From an uncultured Chloroflexia bacterium (lineage in GTDB: Bacteria > Chloroflexota > Chloroflexia > QHBQ01 > JADMIH01): a DNA stretch of 64,000 bases. The notes beneath the pieces were generated by a model that worked only from the letters and a program-made list of their open reading frames with translations, did no database searches and was not told where the DNA came from. A program made the position numbers and the translations under genes. Location of the stretch: positions 864,001-928,000 of the forward strand of contig CAWCNY010000006.1 in the NCBI GenBank assembly GCA_963797095.1. Direction: 5' to 3'. Positions 18,278 to 26,872 of the stretch are shown piece after piece. The number at the start of each line of letters is the position of its first letter. Positions within the stretch are counted from its first letter, which is position 1.

Positions 18278-21200
18278 ATGGCTTCGATTGGCGAAGTTGA
18301 TCCTACAACGCCCATAGCCGCTCCACCTGACCCAGCCCTTGAGCCGGAGATCATTCACCCTGCCGTGCAGCCGCCCCAGCAGGTGGTTATCGCGCCTGAG
18401 AGCCAGGCGCGAGAGCGCGTGATGGGTATTCTACGCCGGGTGTGGATGGCTCGCGGCTTCTTTGGCGGGTTGGTGGCGATGGTGCTGGCGTTCAACGCGC
18501 AACGAACGCTTATCGAACAGGGCGATTGGGTGACGGCTCAACGCTACTATTTGATCGCCTTTGTTATTTTGATCCTCAGCCTCATGCACCCGACTTTCGA
18601 GTTTTTCCGACGCGAGAGCAAGCGGGTAGAGGATAAGACCGGGGATACGGTGGCGTCTTCCGCCACAGTCGTGGATGTGCCTCCCGCTAACGGTGTGGAG
18701 GCCCTGACACCACTTGCTCCGCGCGCCCGCAGGGCGTACGGCACGAGCATCGATGGTAACGGTCATAGCAATGGTAACGGCGCTGGCGATCTGGCGACTC
18801 AGAAGCAGCTAACCGGCCTCGAAGTGATGGCCCCTCTTCCGACGCGCAGGGCTGGGAGCAAAACCGTGCTTGCTTCGCCTGCGCCGTCAATAGCGGAGAC
18901 GACGGTTATCGCGAAGCCGCAAGCTGCGGCTGAGGTAGCTGCTCCCGTTCGACATAAGACGAGGCCTTTGGACCTATCGGAACTGCCGGAGACGGCACAT
19001 CTCGCGGAGATCCCCAGGTTCCTGGTCAAAGTGAAGGCGTTCTACCTGGAATTGCGGGCGGACCTGGGTTGGAAGGTTACGCTGCCTTTATTCTTGATAT
19101 CGCTGGCGCTGGTTGTGTCGGCTTATCTCATGCTGCATGACAATCTCGCCAACGCGCTGGCAGGGTGGGTGTGGTTCGCGTCCATGAGCCTGATCATTGT
19201 GACGTTTTATGGCGCGCCGAAATGGCTCAGCAATCTGAAAGGCTTGCTCGATGGCCCGGACGATGGGTTCTTTGCCGGGGGCGTGCCGCAGATACCGATG
19301 CGGCTTGAGATATTTCTGGCGCTGGTGTTGATGGTGGGTGCGCTTGTAATACGGCTTTACAACCTTGATTATTTGCCCGGCATTTTTGGCGACGAAGGCG
19401 AGCGCGGTATTGACGCACGCGGAATCATGAACGGCAACACCGATGTGATCTGGGGAGCAGGGTGGTGGGTGGTGCCGAACGTCTATTTCTATGCTCTCTC
19501 GTGGACACTCCGCATGTTTGGGGACAACATGATCGGCGACCGGATGCTGAACGTTATCTCCGGCATGCTGATCATCTACTTTATCTACAGGATTGGCCGC
19601 CTGCTGTGGGGAGTGCGTGCCGGGCTGCTTGCAGGGGCGCTGCTGGCGGTGTCGCCTATCTGGATTCAGTTCAGCCGCCACGCCAGCGAAAGCACCCCCA
19701 CGATTGTAGGGTGGGCGTTGGGCTTTCTGTTCCTGTATCGCGCTCTGCGCTTCCGCTACTGGGTGGATTGGGCGCTTGCGGGGATGGCGTTCGGCTCAAG
19801 CCTCTACTTTTATGCGGCGGGCAAGCTGGTTGTGCCGCTGTTGGCCGCTGCCGGTGCCTATATGCTGGTGCGCTGGCGCTGGGAATTCGTCAAGAGGTAT
19901 CTCGCGGGTTATGTGCTGATGCTGGGTACATTCTTCCTGACCTTCATGCCGCATTTTATCTATTTGCAGGCGGGTAACTTCACCGCCATGTTTCAGCGGG
20001 CCAACGAGACCTCGATATTCTCGCCGGGCCTTGCCGCTATGATCTTCGGCAACCACGGGGTGCCGTACGATCCGAGCCTGGCGAACCTGTCGCTGGTGGA
20101 CAACCTGTTGAAAGCTCCCGGCGCATGGGCGCTTGTGATCTACAACCAGGCGCGTATCAGCTTCGATTCGCTGTACCGGGTGGGCGATACGACCTTCTTT
20201 TATCCAATTCGCGACCATAACGGCAGCCTTCTTACCCCATTACTGGCGAGCCTGTGCCTGCTCGGGGTGGTCTACTTCACGTGGAAATTGTGGGATGCGC
20301 GATACGGACTGGCCGTGATCTGGTTCTGGATAGGTCTGGCGGCGGTTATCTTTACTATCGATACCCCACACGTGCAGCGCATTGTGGGCGCGTGGCCCGT
20401 GTTGTTCTTGTTCCCGGCTGTGATGATCGACCGGGTTGCGGCCTCGGCCTGGCCCCTGAACATCAAGTTCGCCAGGCGATGGTTGGCTATTCCACTGGTG
20501 GGGTTGGTGATATTTGCGTCTGTGGAAGGCTTGAGAGAGTATTTCGTCATCTACGAAGCGCAGTGCTCGATCTGCGGCTCGACTGTGCAGGCGCGGTTTG
20601 TGGCAACGATGGGGCAAGATTACAAGGGCTACCAGTTTGGGGTGGGTGGTTACCCAGTTTACTTCAATTACGGGAGCACTCGGTTCACATCGCCCGATGT
20701 GGAGGGCGAGGACATGAACGTGCCGATGGACCATTTCCCGGTGACGGATAACAACGGCAAGGGATTGGCTTTCATTCTGTATCCGGCCAATCTCCAATAC
20801 CTACCAATATTGCATATGATGTACCCGGATGGAGTGCAGAAGGATGGGAAGGGGAACGATGGATCGTTCTGGTTCACAGCCTACGAGGTCAGCCAGGCGC
20901 AGGTCAATGACATACAGGTTAGCTTCGCGTCGTATACCGATGCGCGTGGCAACACCGTCCATCGCAACGAGCCTAACCTGGGTACGAGCCGTCAGCCTGG
21001 GGCCACCATCTGGAGCGCACCACCGCAATTGAGCTCCCCGATGAATGCTAGCTGGGAAGGGGGTCTGGTCGCGCCCGACTACGGCCAGTACACTTTCTTC
21101 CTGTCGGGCGATACAGATGCTACCTTCGAGATAGATGGCGAAACGCTGTTGCGTTCGAACAGCCAGGCGACCGTGGTGCTGGCGGGAGGCCCCCACACGG

Positions 21201-22648
21201 TGAAACTGAGCGGCACATTGGCCGATCAAAGCGCCAGGGTTGACCTGCGATGGGCGGGTGGCGGGGGCGCGCCTATGCCTATAGGATCTAACTTCCTCTA
21301 CAACGGCGTGCTGGGTGGCCTCACGGCTTCAATAGGATTTGATTCGAGCGCTCAGATCGATGCTCCCGATCCACTTGCCAGCCAGATACCTTACAAGTAC
21401 GAGATACACCCGTTCCTGTCGGTCAGGGACGCGGGCGCTCAGTCCACCAGCTTCGGTGGACGCCCGTCCTTCGTGCGGTGGCAGGGGACGCTTTATGCGC
21501 CAACCGACGGCCAGTACAGCTTCTCGATTGCCTCGAATGGGGCTTACGCGATGATGCTTGATGGGCAGATGGTGCTCGACAGCCAGGCTGCGGGCAGCGT
21601 GCAGAACCCAATAACCCTCACCGAGGGCGAGCACACTGTGGATGTGCGCTATGCCTGGCAGGGGCAGAGTGGGGGCGTGTTCGAGTGGTTCTGGGCACCG
21701 CCGGGAGGCCAGCAAGCGATAGTGCCTCCCAGCGTATTGACCCCGCTCAAGAGGATGTGGCAGCCCAACGAAGTAACCGCGCCAACGTCTGTTCCTAACC
21801 TCGCGCCGCCCGCACCCCCGGCTGTGGGCATCAAGGCCGATGCGCTGCTGGGAGCAGATGCAGACCTGAAGGAAGCACGTGGGCTGGGAGCAGATGCAGA
21901 GGGGAATGTGTATATAAGCGACAACGGCAACCACCGGATACTGGTGCTCGATTCGGTAGGTAGAACGGTCAGGGTCCTGGGTAGCGAGACCGACGCTTCT
22001 GCCGAAGGCAAGTTCAACGTGCTCAGCGACATCTATACAAGCCCCGATGGACACCTCTATACGTTGGACACGAAGAACGGCGATGTGCATGTATTCAATC
22101 CTGATGGGACGGTGCAACATTACTTCCAGGGTCTCACGCCTTCGTCGCTCGGTATTACGGCAGGGATCGATGGCAAGATATACATCGCGAATACTGTAGG
22201 GAGCGCCGTGCTGGTCTTCTCGCCCGATGGTGTGCTCTTGAACAGGTTCGTGGGAGGGCCGGATGGCACGCTCCAACATTTCGAGCAGCCGATCGATGTA
22301 GCGGTGGCTCCGGATGGGACGATATATACGGTGGATATGCGAAATCGTGTGGCGCAACTGGATGGGAATGGTTTTGTGGTGCGAGAGTGGCCTGTGCAGT
22401 GGGGTGGTGCTCTCGGGGGCAGTCACCTTGTATACCGGGAGAACAAGGTGGTTATGACCGACTCGGATCGCAACAGGCTGACTATTATTGACCCAACGAC
22501 TAACCAGATATCGTTCGTGGGGAAGGATGGCGGCAGCGATTCTCAGATGCACATCCCTGTGGGGATCGCCGTCGGTCCCAACGATAAGGTGTATGTGATG
22601 GACAGCGGCAACAACCGGGTGCTGGTGTTCAACGACCTGGAGCCTTAA
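18278..22648 (+). CDS. ArnT/PMT (GT39-like) glycosyltransferase fused to two PA14-like domains and an NHL propeller
   Basis: PGIFGDEG motif and TM core; PA14-like WEGGLVAPDYGQYTF and VRWQGTLYAPTDGQYSF; C-terminal NHL repeats (PVGIAVGPNDKVYVMDSGNNRV). Confidence 0.75.
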   Translation: MASIGEVDPTTPIAAPPDPALEPEIIHPAVQPPQQVVIAPESQARERVMGILRRVWMARGFFGGLVAMVLAFNAQRTLIEQGDWVTAQRYYLIAFVILILSLMHPTFEFFRRESKRVEDKTGDTVASSATVVDVPPANGVEALTPLAPRARRAYGTSIDGNGHSNGNGAGDLATQKQLTGLEVMAPLPTRRAGSKTVLASPAPSIAETTVIAKPQAAAEVAAPVRHKTRPLDLSELPETAHLAEIPRFLVKVKAFYLELRADLGWKVTLPLFLISLALVVSAYLMLHDNLANALAGWVWFASMSLIIVTFYGAPKWLSNLKGLLDGPDDGFFAGGVPQIPMRLEIFLALVLMVGALVIRLYNLDYLPGIFGDEGERGIDARGIMNGNTDVIWGAGWWVVPNVYFYALSWTLRMFGDNMIGDRMLNVISGMLIIYFIYRIGRLLWGVRAGLLAGALLAVSPIWIQFSRHASESTPTIVGWALGFLFLYRALRFRYWVDWALAGMAFGSSLYFYAAGKLVVPLLAAAGAYMLVRWRWEFVKRYLAGYVLMLGTFFLTFMPHFIYLQAGNFTAMFQRANETSIFSPGLAAMIFGNHGVPYDPSLANLSLVDNLLKAPGAWALVIYNQARISFDSLYRVGDTTFFYPIRDHNGSLLTPLLASLCLLGVVYFTWKLWDARYGLAVIWFWIGLAAVIFTIDTPHVQRIVGAWPVLFLFPAVMIDRVAASAWPLNIKFARRWLAIPLVGLVIFASVEGLREYFVIYEAQCSICGSTVQARFVATMGQDYKGYQFGVGGYPVYFNYGSTRFTSPDVEGEDMNVPMDHFPVTDNNGKGLAFILYPANLQYLPILHMMYPDGVQKDGKGNDGSFWFTAYEVSQAQVNDIQVSFASYTDARGNTVHRNEPNLGTSRQPGATIWSAPPQLSSPMNASWEGGLVAPDYGQYTFFLSGDTDATFEIDGETLLRSNSQATVVLAGGPHTVKLSGTLADQSARVDLRWAGGGGAPMPIGSNFLYNGVLGGLTASIGFDSSAQIDAPDPLASQIPYKYEIHPFLSVRDAGAQSTSFGGRPSFVRWQGTLYAPTDGQYSFSIASNGAYAMMLDGQMVLDSQAAGSVQNPITLTEGEHTVDVRYAWQGQSGGVFEWFWAPPGGQQAIVPPSVLTPLKRMWQPNEVTAPTSVPNLAPPAPPAVGIKADALLGADADLKEARGLGADAEGNVYISDNGNHRILVLDSVGRTVRVLGSETDASAEGKFNVLSDIYTSPDGHLYTLDTKNGDVHVFNPDGTVQHYFQGLTPSSLGITAGIDGKIYIANTVGSAVLVFSPDGVLLNRFVGGPDGTLQHFEQPIDVAVAPDGTIYTVDMRNRVAQLDGNGFVVREWPVQWGGALGGSHLVYRENKVVMTDSDRNRLTIIDPTTNQISFVGKDGGSDSQMHIPVGIAVGPNDKVYVMDSGNNRVLVFNDLEP

Positions 22649-23553
22649 TGAGAACAGAGGCGAATCGAGGGGCCGGGGAGGCTGAAGGGAGGGCTATGCC
22701 ACCTTCTTCATCGGGGGCGCAAACGCCGAAGGTGATAGTGGTGATGCCTGCGTACAATGCAGCGCGGACAGTAGCCAAAACGCACGGCGATATCCCCCCC
22801 GATCTCGTCTCGAAGGTGATCCTGGTGGACGATGCGAGCCAGGACGATACGCCTGAGATAGCGCGCCAGCTTGGGTTGGATGTGATCGTGCATGTCCAGA
22901 ATAAGGGCTATGGCGGCAACCAGAAGACGTGCTACATGGAGGCATTGGGCGCAGGCGCTGATATCGTGGTGATGCTCCACCCGGATAACCAGTATGATGC
23001 CACGCGCATCCCCGCTATGATCGCGCCGATAATGGACGGGCAAGCAGACCTTGTGCTTGGATCGCGCTTGCTTGGTGGGCGGTCAGCCACCCTTGAGGGC
23101 GGCATGCCAATCTGGAAATATATCTCCAACCGTTTCTTGACGGTGGTGGAGAATCTGGCGTTCGGGACGCACCTTTCGGAGATGCACACAGGGTTCCGCG
23201 CGTACTCGCGCCGCCTGCTTACTACGATACCGTTTTTGCTAAACTCCGACGATTTTGTGTTTGATAGCGAAGTGATAGCGCAGACCGCGGCGTTCGGCTT
23301 CTCTATAGTGGAAGTATCTGTGCCAACCCGATACTTTCCAGAGGCGTCCAGCGTGAACTTTCGCAGGAGCGTGGTGTATGGGCTGGCTACGCTCAACGTG
23401 GCGCGCAAGTACTGGTTGAACAAGATGGGCATACGCAAATACCCGCTCTTTCGCAAGAAGCTCGCGAATATCCTCAGCCGCGAGTACAAGACGCGCATCC
23501 TTGGGACGACCGGGGATGGCGGTAGCGGTACGAGTGGAAAGGGCATGAAATAG
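22648..23553 (+). CDS. GT2 polyprenyl-phosphate sugar synthase (DPM1-like)
   Basis: VVMPAYNA, VDDASQD, NKGYGG, MLHPDNQY, GFRAYSR; TAATG overlap with the upstream gene. Confidence 0.85.
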   Translation: MRTEANRGAGEAEGRAMPPSSSGAQTPKVIVVMPAYNAARTVAKTHGDIPPDLVSKVILVDDASQDDTPEIARQLGLDVIVHVQNKGYGGNQKTCYMEALGAGADIVVMLHPDNQYDATRIPAMIAPIMDGQADLVLGSRLLGGRSATLEGGMPIWKYISNRFLTVVENLAFGTHLSEMHTGFRAYSRRLLTTIPFLLNSDDFVFDSEVIAQTAAFGFSIVEVSVPTRYFPEASSVNFRRSVVYGLATLNVARKYWLNKMGIRKYPLFRKKLANILSREYKTRILGTTGDGGSGTSGKGMK

Positions 23554-23582
23554 AGGATTGTAGGGTTGAGGTCAAGGCGCAG

Positions 23583-23609
23583 AGGGCGACCCGCTGGGTC
23601 GCCTCTACA
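23583..23609 (-). repeat. GTAG-type REP palindrome
   Basis: Minus strand GTAGAGGCGACCCAGCGGGTCGCCCT; same architecture as 51582-51607. Confidence 0.6.
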
Positions 23610-23629
23610 ATGCAACAAAAGGAATTATC

Positions 23630-24829
23630 TTGTTTAAATCCCGCCAACTCATAATCGGCCTCGTAATCAGCGTGATCTTCTTCGCGCTGGCAGTGCTTGA
23701 TATAGACCCTGCGCAAGTGTGGACGGCTTTCACACGTGCTAACTACCTGGCCTTGATCCCGGCGCTGCTGGTTTATTTCATCGGCGTGTGGGTGCGCGCT
23801 GTTCGATGGCGCATACTGCTGCGGCCCATATTGCCTGAGAAGAGCCGGAGCGGTCTGCTTCGTATCTTTGAGGTGGTCGTCATTGGGTATATGGGCAACA
23901 ACGTCTTTCCTGCTCGTATAGGAGAGCTTGTGCGAGCTTATGTGCTGAGCCTTCGGGAGAATGTGCGTAAGACCGCCACGCTGGCGACCATACTTGTCGA
24001 AAGAATCTTCGATGGGTTGACGATGATCGGGTTTGCGGCGGCAGTAGTGCTTTTTGTGCTGATCGTAGATAGCAAGGCGCTGACGACCGGGGCCGACCAT
24101 AAGCTAGGCACGCTCCTTATGAGCTTGAGCATTCCTATCGTGATCGGGGCGGTGGTGTTCCTGGGGGCGCTGGTGGTGTTCCTGGCGGTCGCTTCATCGC
24201 CGAACCTCATGCTCAGGCTGGCGAAAGTGGCGTTTCGTTTCTTGCCCAATCGCTTGCACCAGCGAGCCGACCGCCTTATGAGCTCATTCATTGATGGGCT
24301 GGCCTCGCTCAAAAGTCCCTCCAATATGGCGGCAGTGTTTGGGCTTTCTATTGTGGCCTGGCTTTTTGAGGCAAGTATGTACTACATAATAGGAGCATGG
24401 GGCTTTGACCTGCGCGGAAGCGATGGGCTGCCTCTGCCCTTTTATGTGTATGTGCTGGCAACGGCTGCGGTGAACCTGGGGACGCTGATACCGCAGGCTC
24501 CAGGTTATGCGGGGGTCTTTGAGGCGATTGCCAAGGGGGTGCTTGTGGGCGCGTTCGGGGTGGACGAGAACGCTTCTCTTTCTTATGTGCTTGTGCTGCA
24601 TGCAACTTTGTTGATCCCGATAACGCTGCTGGGCTTTTTCTATACGGCCCACCAGAGTATTACCTACAAACAGTTGGTGGAACTTGAGGAGACACGTGCC
24701 GAGGCCTCGGAGCAGGCCCATGAGTTTGAAGGCCCGCTTACGGATATAGACCTAGTACGAGAAGGTAAGATTACAGAAGGCGACACATCTGCCGAAGCAC
24801 GCCTGGAGCAAGCAGGCGAAGGAAGGTAA
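23630..24829 (+). CDS. Lysylphosphatidylglycerol synthase TM / UPF0104 flippase-like protein
   Basis: RAVRWRILL, GNNVFPARIGELVR, ERIFD, PQAPGYAGVFE. Confidence 0.85.
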   Translation: MFKSRQLIIGLVISVIFFALAVLDIDPAQVWTAFTRANYLALIPALLVYFIGVWVRAVRWRILLRPILPEKSRSGLLRIFEVVVIGYMGNNVFPARIGELVRAYVLSLRENVRKTATLATILVERIFDGLTMIGFAAAVVLFVLIVDSKALTTGADHKLGTLLMSLSIPIVIGAVVFLGALVVFLAVASSPNLMLRLAKVAFRFLPNRLHQRADRLMSSFIDGLASLKSPSNMAAVFGLSIVAWLFEASMYYIIGAWGFDLRGSDGLPLPFYVYVLATAAVNLGTLIPQAPGYAGVFEAIAKGVLVGAFGVDENASLSYVLVLHATLLIPITLLGFFYTAHQSITYKQLVELEETRAEASEQAHEFEGPLTDIDLVREGKITEGDTSAEARLEQAGEGR

Positions 24830-24835
24830 ACTGAA

Positions 24836-25690
24836 TTGGATATATTCCAAGCTTTGGTCCTGGGGATTGTACAGGGCCTGACTGAGTTCTTGCCGATTTC
24901 ATCGTCGGCGCATTTGCTTATAGTACCCTGGCTGCTGAACTGGGACGACCCGGCGATCACCAGCATACAGTTCGATGTGTCGTTGCACATGGGCACGCTG
25001 GTCGCGGTGCTGATCTACTTCGCGGCGGATTGGCGGCGTATTATCGTGGCCTTCGTGCGTTCCTTGCTGGAGAGGCGCATCGGCGACGACCCGGACCGGA
25101 GGCTTGCGTGGTATGTGATCCTGGGTTCGATACCTGCCGCTATAGCCGGAGTGCTGGCCGAGAGCAAGATTAACGACATATTCCACCAGGCGGGCAATTT
25201 CACTGCCGGGATCGTTGTGATCGCGATTTCAATGATCGCACTAGCACTTGTTTTGTTGCTTGCAGAGCGTGTGGGCAAGCGCGTCTATGACATCCGCAAT
25301 TTGAGCATCGGCACTGCCCTGGCTGTTGGTTTCGCGCAGGCGCTGGCGTTGATACCCGGCGTATCACGCTCCGGCAGCACAATAACGGCGGGACTCTTCA
25401 TGGGCCTCAAGCGCGATTCCGCTGCGCGCTTTTCGTTCCTGCTGGCTACGCCCGTGATCCTGGGGGCGGGTCTCAAGGAGTTGTATGACGTATTGCAGGC
25501 CGGGAGCGTGGCGAGTACAGAAATACCCGGCTTTATCATAGGATTTCTGGCCGCTGCCATTTCCGGCTTCCTGTGCATCACCTTTCTCCTGCGCTACCTA
25601 CAGCGCAACAGCACACTTCCCTTTATTGTCTATCGCGTGGCGCTGGGGCTGTTCCTGCTCGTGCTGGTGTTTGCCGGGTTCAGATCTTGA
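24836..25690 (+). CDS. uppP: Undecaprenyl-diphosphate phosphatase (BacA)
   Basis: GIVQGLTEFLPISSSAH, ALIPGVSRSGST, AARFSFLL. Confidence 0.95.
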   Translation: MDIFQALVLGIVQGLTEFLPISSSAHLLIVPWLLNWDDPAITSIQFDVSLHMGTLVAVLIYFAADWRRIIVAFVRSLLERRIGDDPDRRLAWYVILGSIPAAIAGVLAESKINDIFHQAGNFTAGIVVIAISMIALALVLLLAERVGKRVYDIRNLSIGTALAVGFAQALALIPGVSRSGSTITAGLFMGLKRDSAARFSFLLATPVILGAGLKELYDVLQAGSVASTEIPGFIIGFLAAAISGFLCITFLLRYLQRNSTLPFIVYRVALGLFLLVLVFAGFRS

Positions 25691-25865
25691 TCGCGACGCG
25701 TACCATGTAACACAATTCGGTGACAGGCATGGGCCACTCTGCTTTGCTATAGTGAAGTTGGGAGTATATGCCTGTTAGCTTGTCGATATGTACGTCGCAG
25801 GTGGGATTCCCGGTGTACAGGTTAGTATCTCCTTGCTTATTTGTTCGCAAATCGGAGGTACTGCA

Positions 25866-26804
25866 ATGCCTTTTATCACCATTCAGGGAACTTTCCACAT
25901 TTTGGGTATGGACAAAAACGGCCACCCCACAGGCTTCCAACCCGACGGCGATTCGATCCAATTCAAGCCCGATAATCCCGCTCTGCTAGACCAATTGGTA
26001 CGGCTTGGTCACCCTTACAAGTTGACCAGCATAGGGTCTCTGAACCTGCGCTTCGAGGGCATCGATGCGCTGGAATTACACTACGAAGCTACGGGGCCGC
26101 AATCTCACCAGCCTCGTCCATTGGCGGATGAGGCACGAGATTTCCTGACAGGCAAGCTGGGGATGAACCCGGTGCCGTATGCTCCACCCAAGAACCTCAC
26201 TGTGCGCCCGCCTGTGCCGGTTGACGGCGTGCCAGGTTATATATTGACGCGCAACCTCGAGTTCAATGGGCGTCCGGTTTCGTGGGTTTATACAGGCGCC
26301 CCTCCGGACCCCGATGGTACGCCTGTGTATCTCGATACCTGCCGCTTGCAACAAAGCCTCAATTACCAGTTGATGGCAGCGGGCCAGACTTATCCTTTGT
26401 TCTACGACACGCTATTCGTCGACCTACGCATGACGCTCGGGACCGCCGCACGGCAGGCACGCAGGAACGGCCTCGGTATATGGGCCAGCGATAAGACGAA
26501 TAGCGGGATCCAGGTTACGGCTGTGGCAGACCTCGAAACCAACGGAGTAATATTCCCCAAGCTCTTCCGGCGGCTTGTGAGCTACATGCGCACGCTTAAT
26601 ACGACCGACCTCGCGGGCTTTCCTCTCTGGGTGGCTACCGAAGAAGAGGAGCAGGTGCTGGACCTGGCCGAGTTGAACTTTACCCACTTTGATAATGTCA
26701 TCAATATAGTTGGGGACATCGTGAGCCTGGACCGGAGGCCCGAAGACATCATCTTCGTGAGCAAGAAGCGTATCGGCCTCGACTGGGTGCGCGCCATCTT
26801 TTAG
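25866..26804 (+). CDS. Thermonuclease (SNase)-like protein; last 6 aa derived from the IS
   Basis: PDGDSI, LRFEGIDALE, GRPV, ARRNGLGIW; GGAGG RBS before ATG 25866. Confidence 0.65.
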   Translation: MPFITIQGTFHILGMDKNGHPTGFQPDGDSIQFKPDNPALLDQLVRLGHPYKLTSIGSLNLRFEGIDALELHYEATGPQSHQPRPLADEARDFLTGKLGMNPVPYAPPKNLTVRPPVPVDGVPGYILTRNLEFNGRPVSWVYTGAPPDPDGTPVYLDTCRLQQSLNYQLMAAGQTYPLFYDTLFVDLRMTLGTAARQARRNGLGIWASDKTNSGIQVTAVADLETNGVIFPKLFRRLVSYMRTLNTTDLAGFPLWVATEEEEQVLDLAELNFTHFDNVINIVGDIVSLDRRPEDIIFVSKKRIGLDWVRAIF

Positions 26805-26872
26805 GAAGGAAAGAAAAATGATACCCTCTAGGTGAAGACATCCCGGCTAAGGCCGAAATCCTGGAGGGTATC

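Noticed and set aside
21847-21900. 18-bp direct repeat GCTGGGAGCAGATGCAGA
   Set aside because: In frame at the start of the NHL domain, with no inserted element between the copies.
21329-22552. 407-aa antisense ORF, and many similar antisense ORFs in the track
   Set aside because: Mirrors a well-supported sense gene; no independent motifs or RBS.
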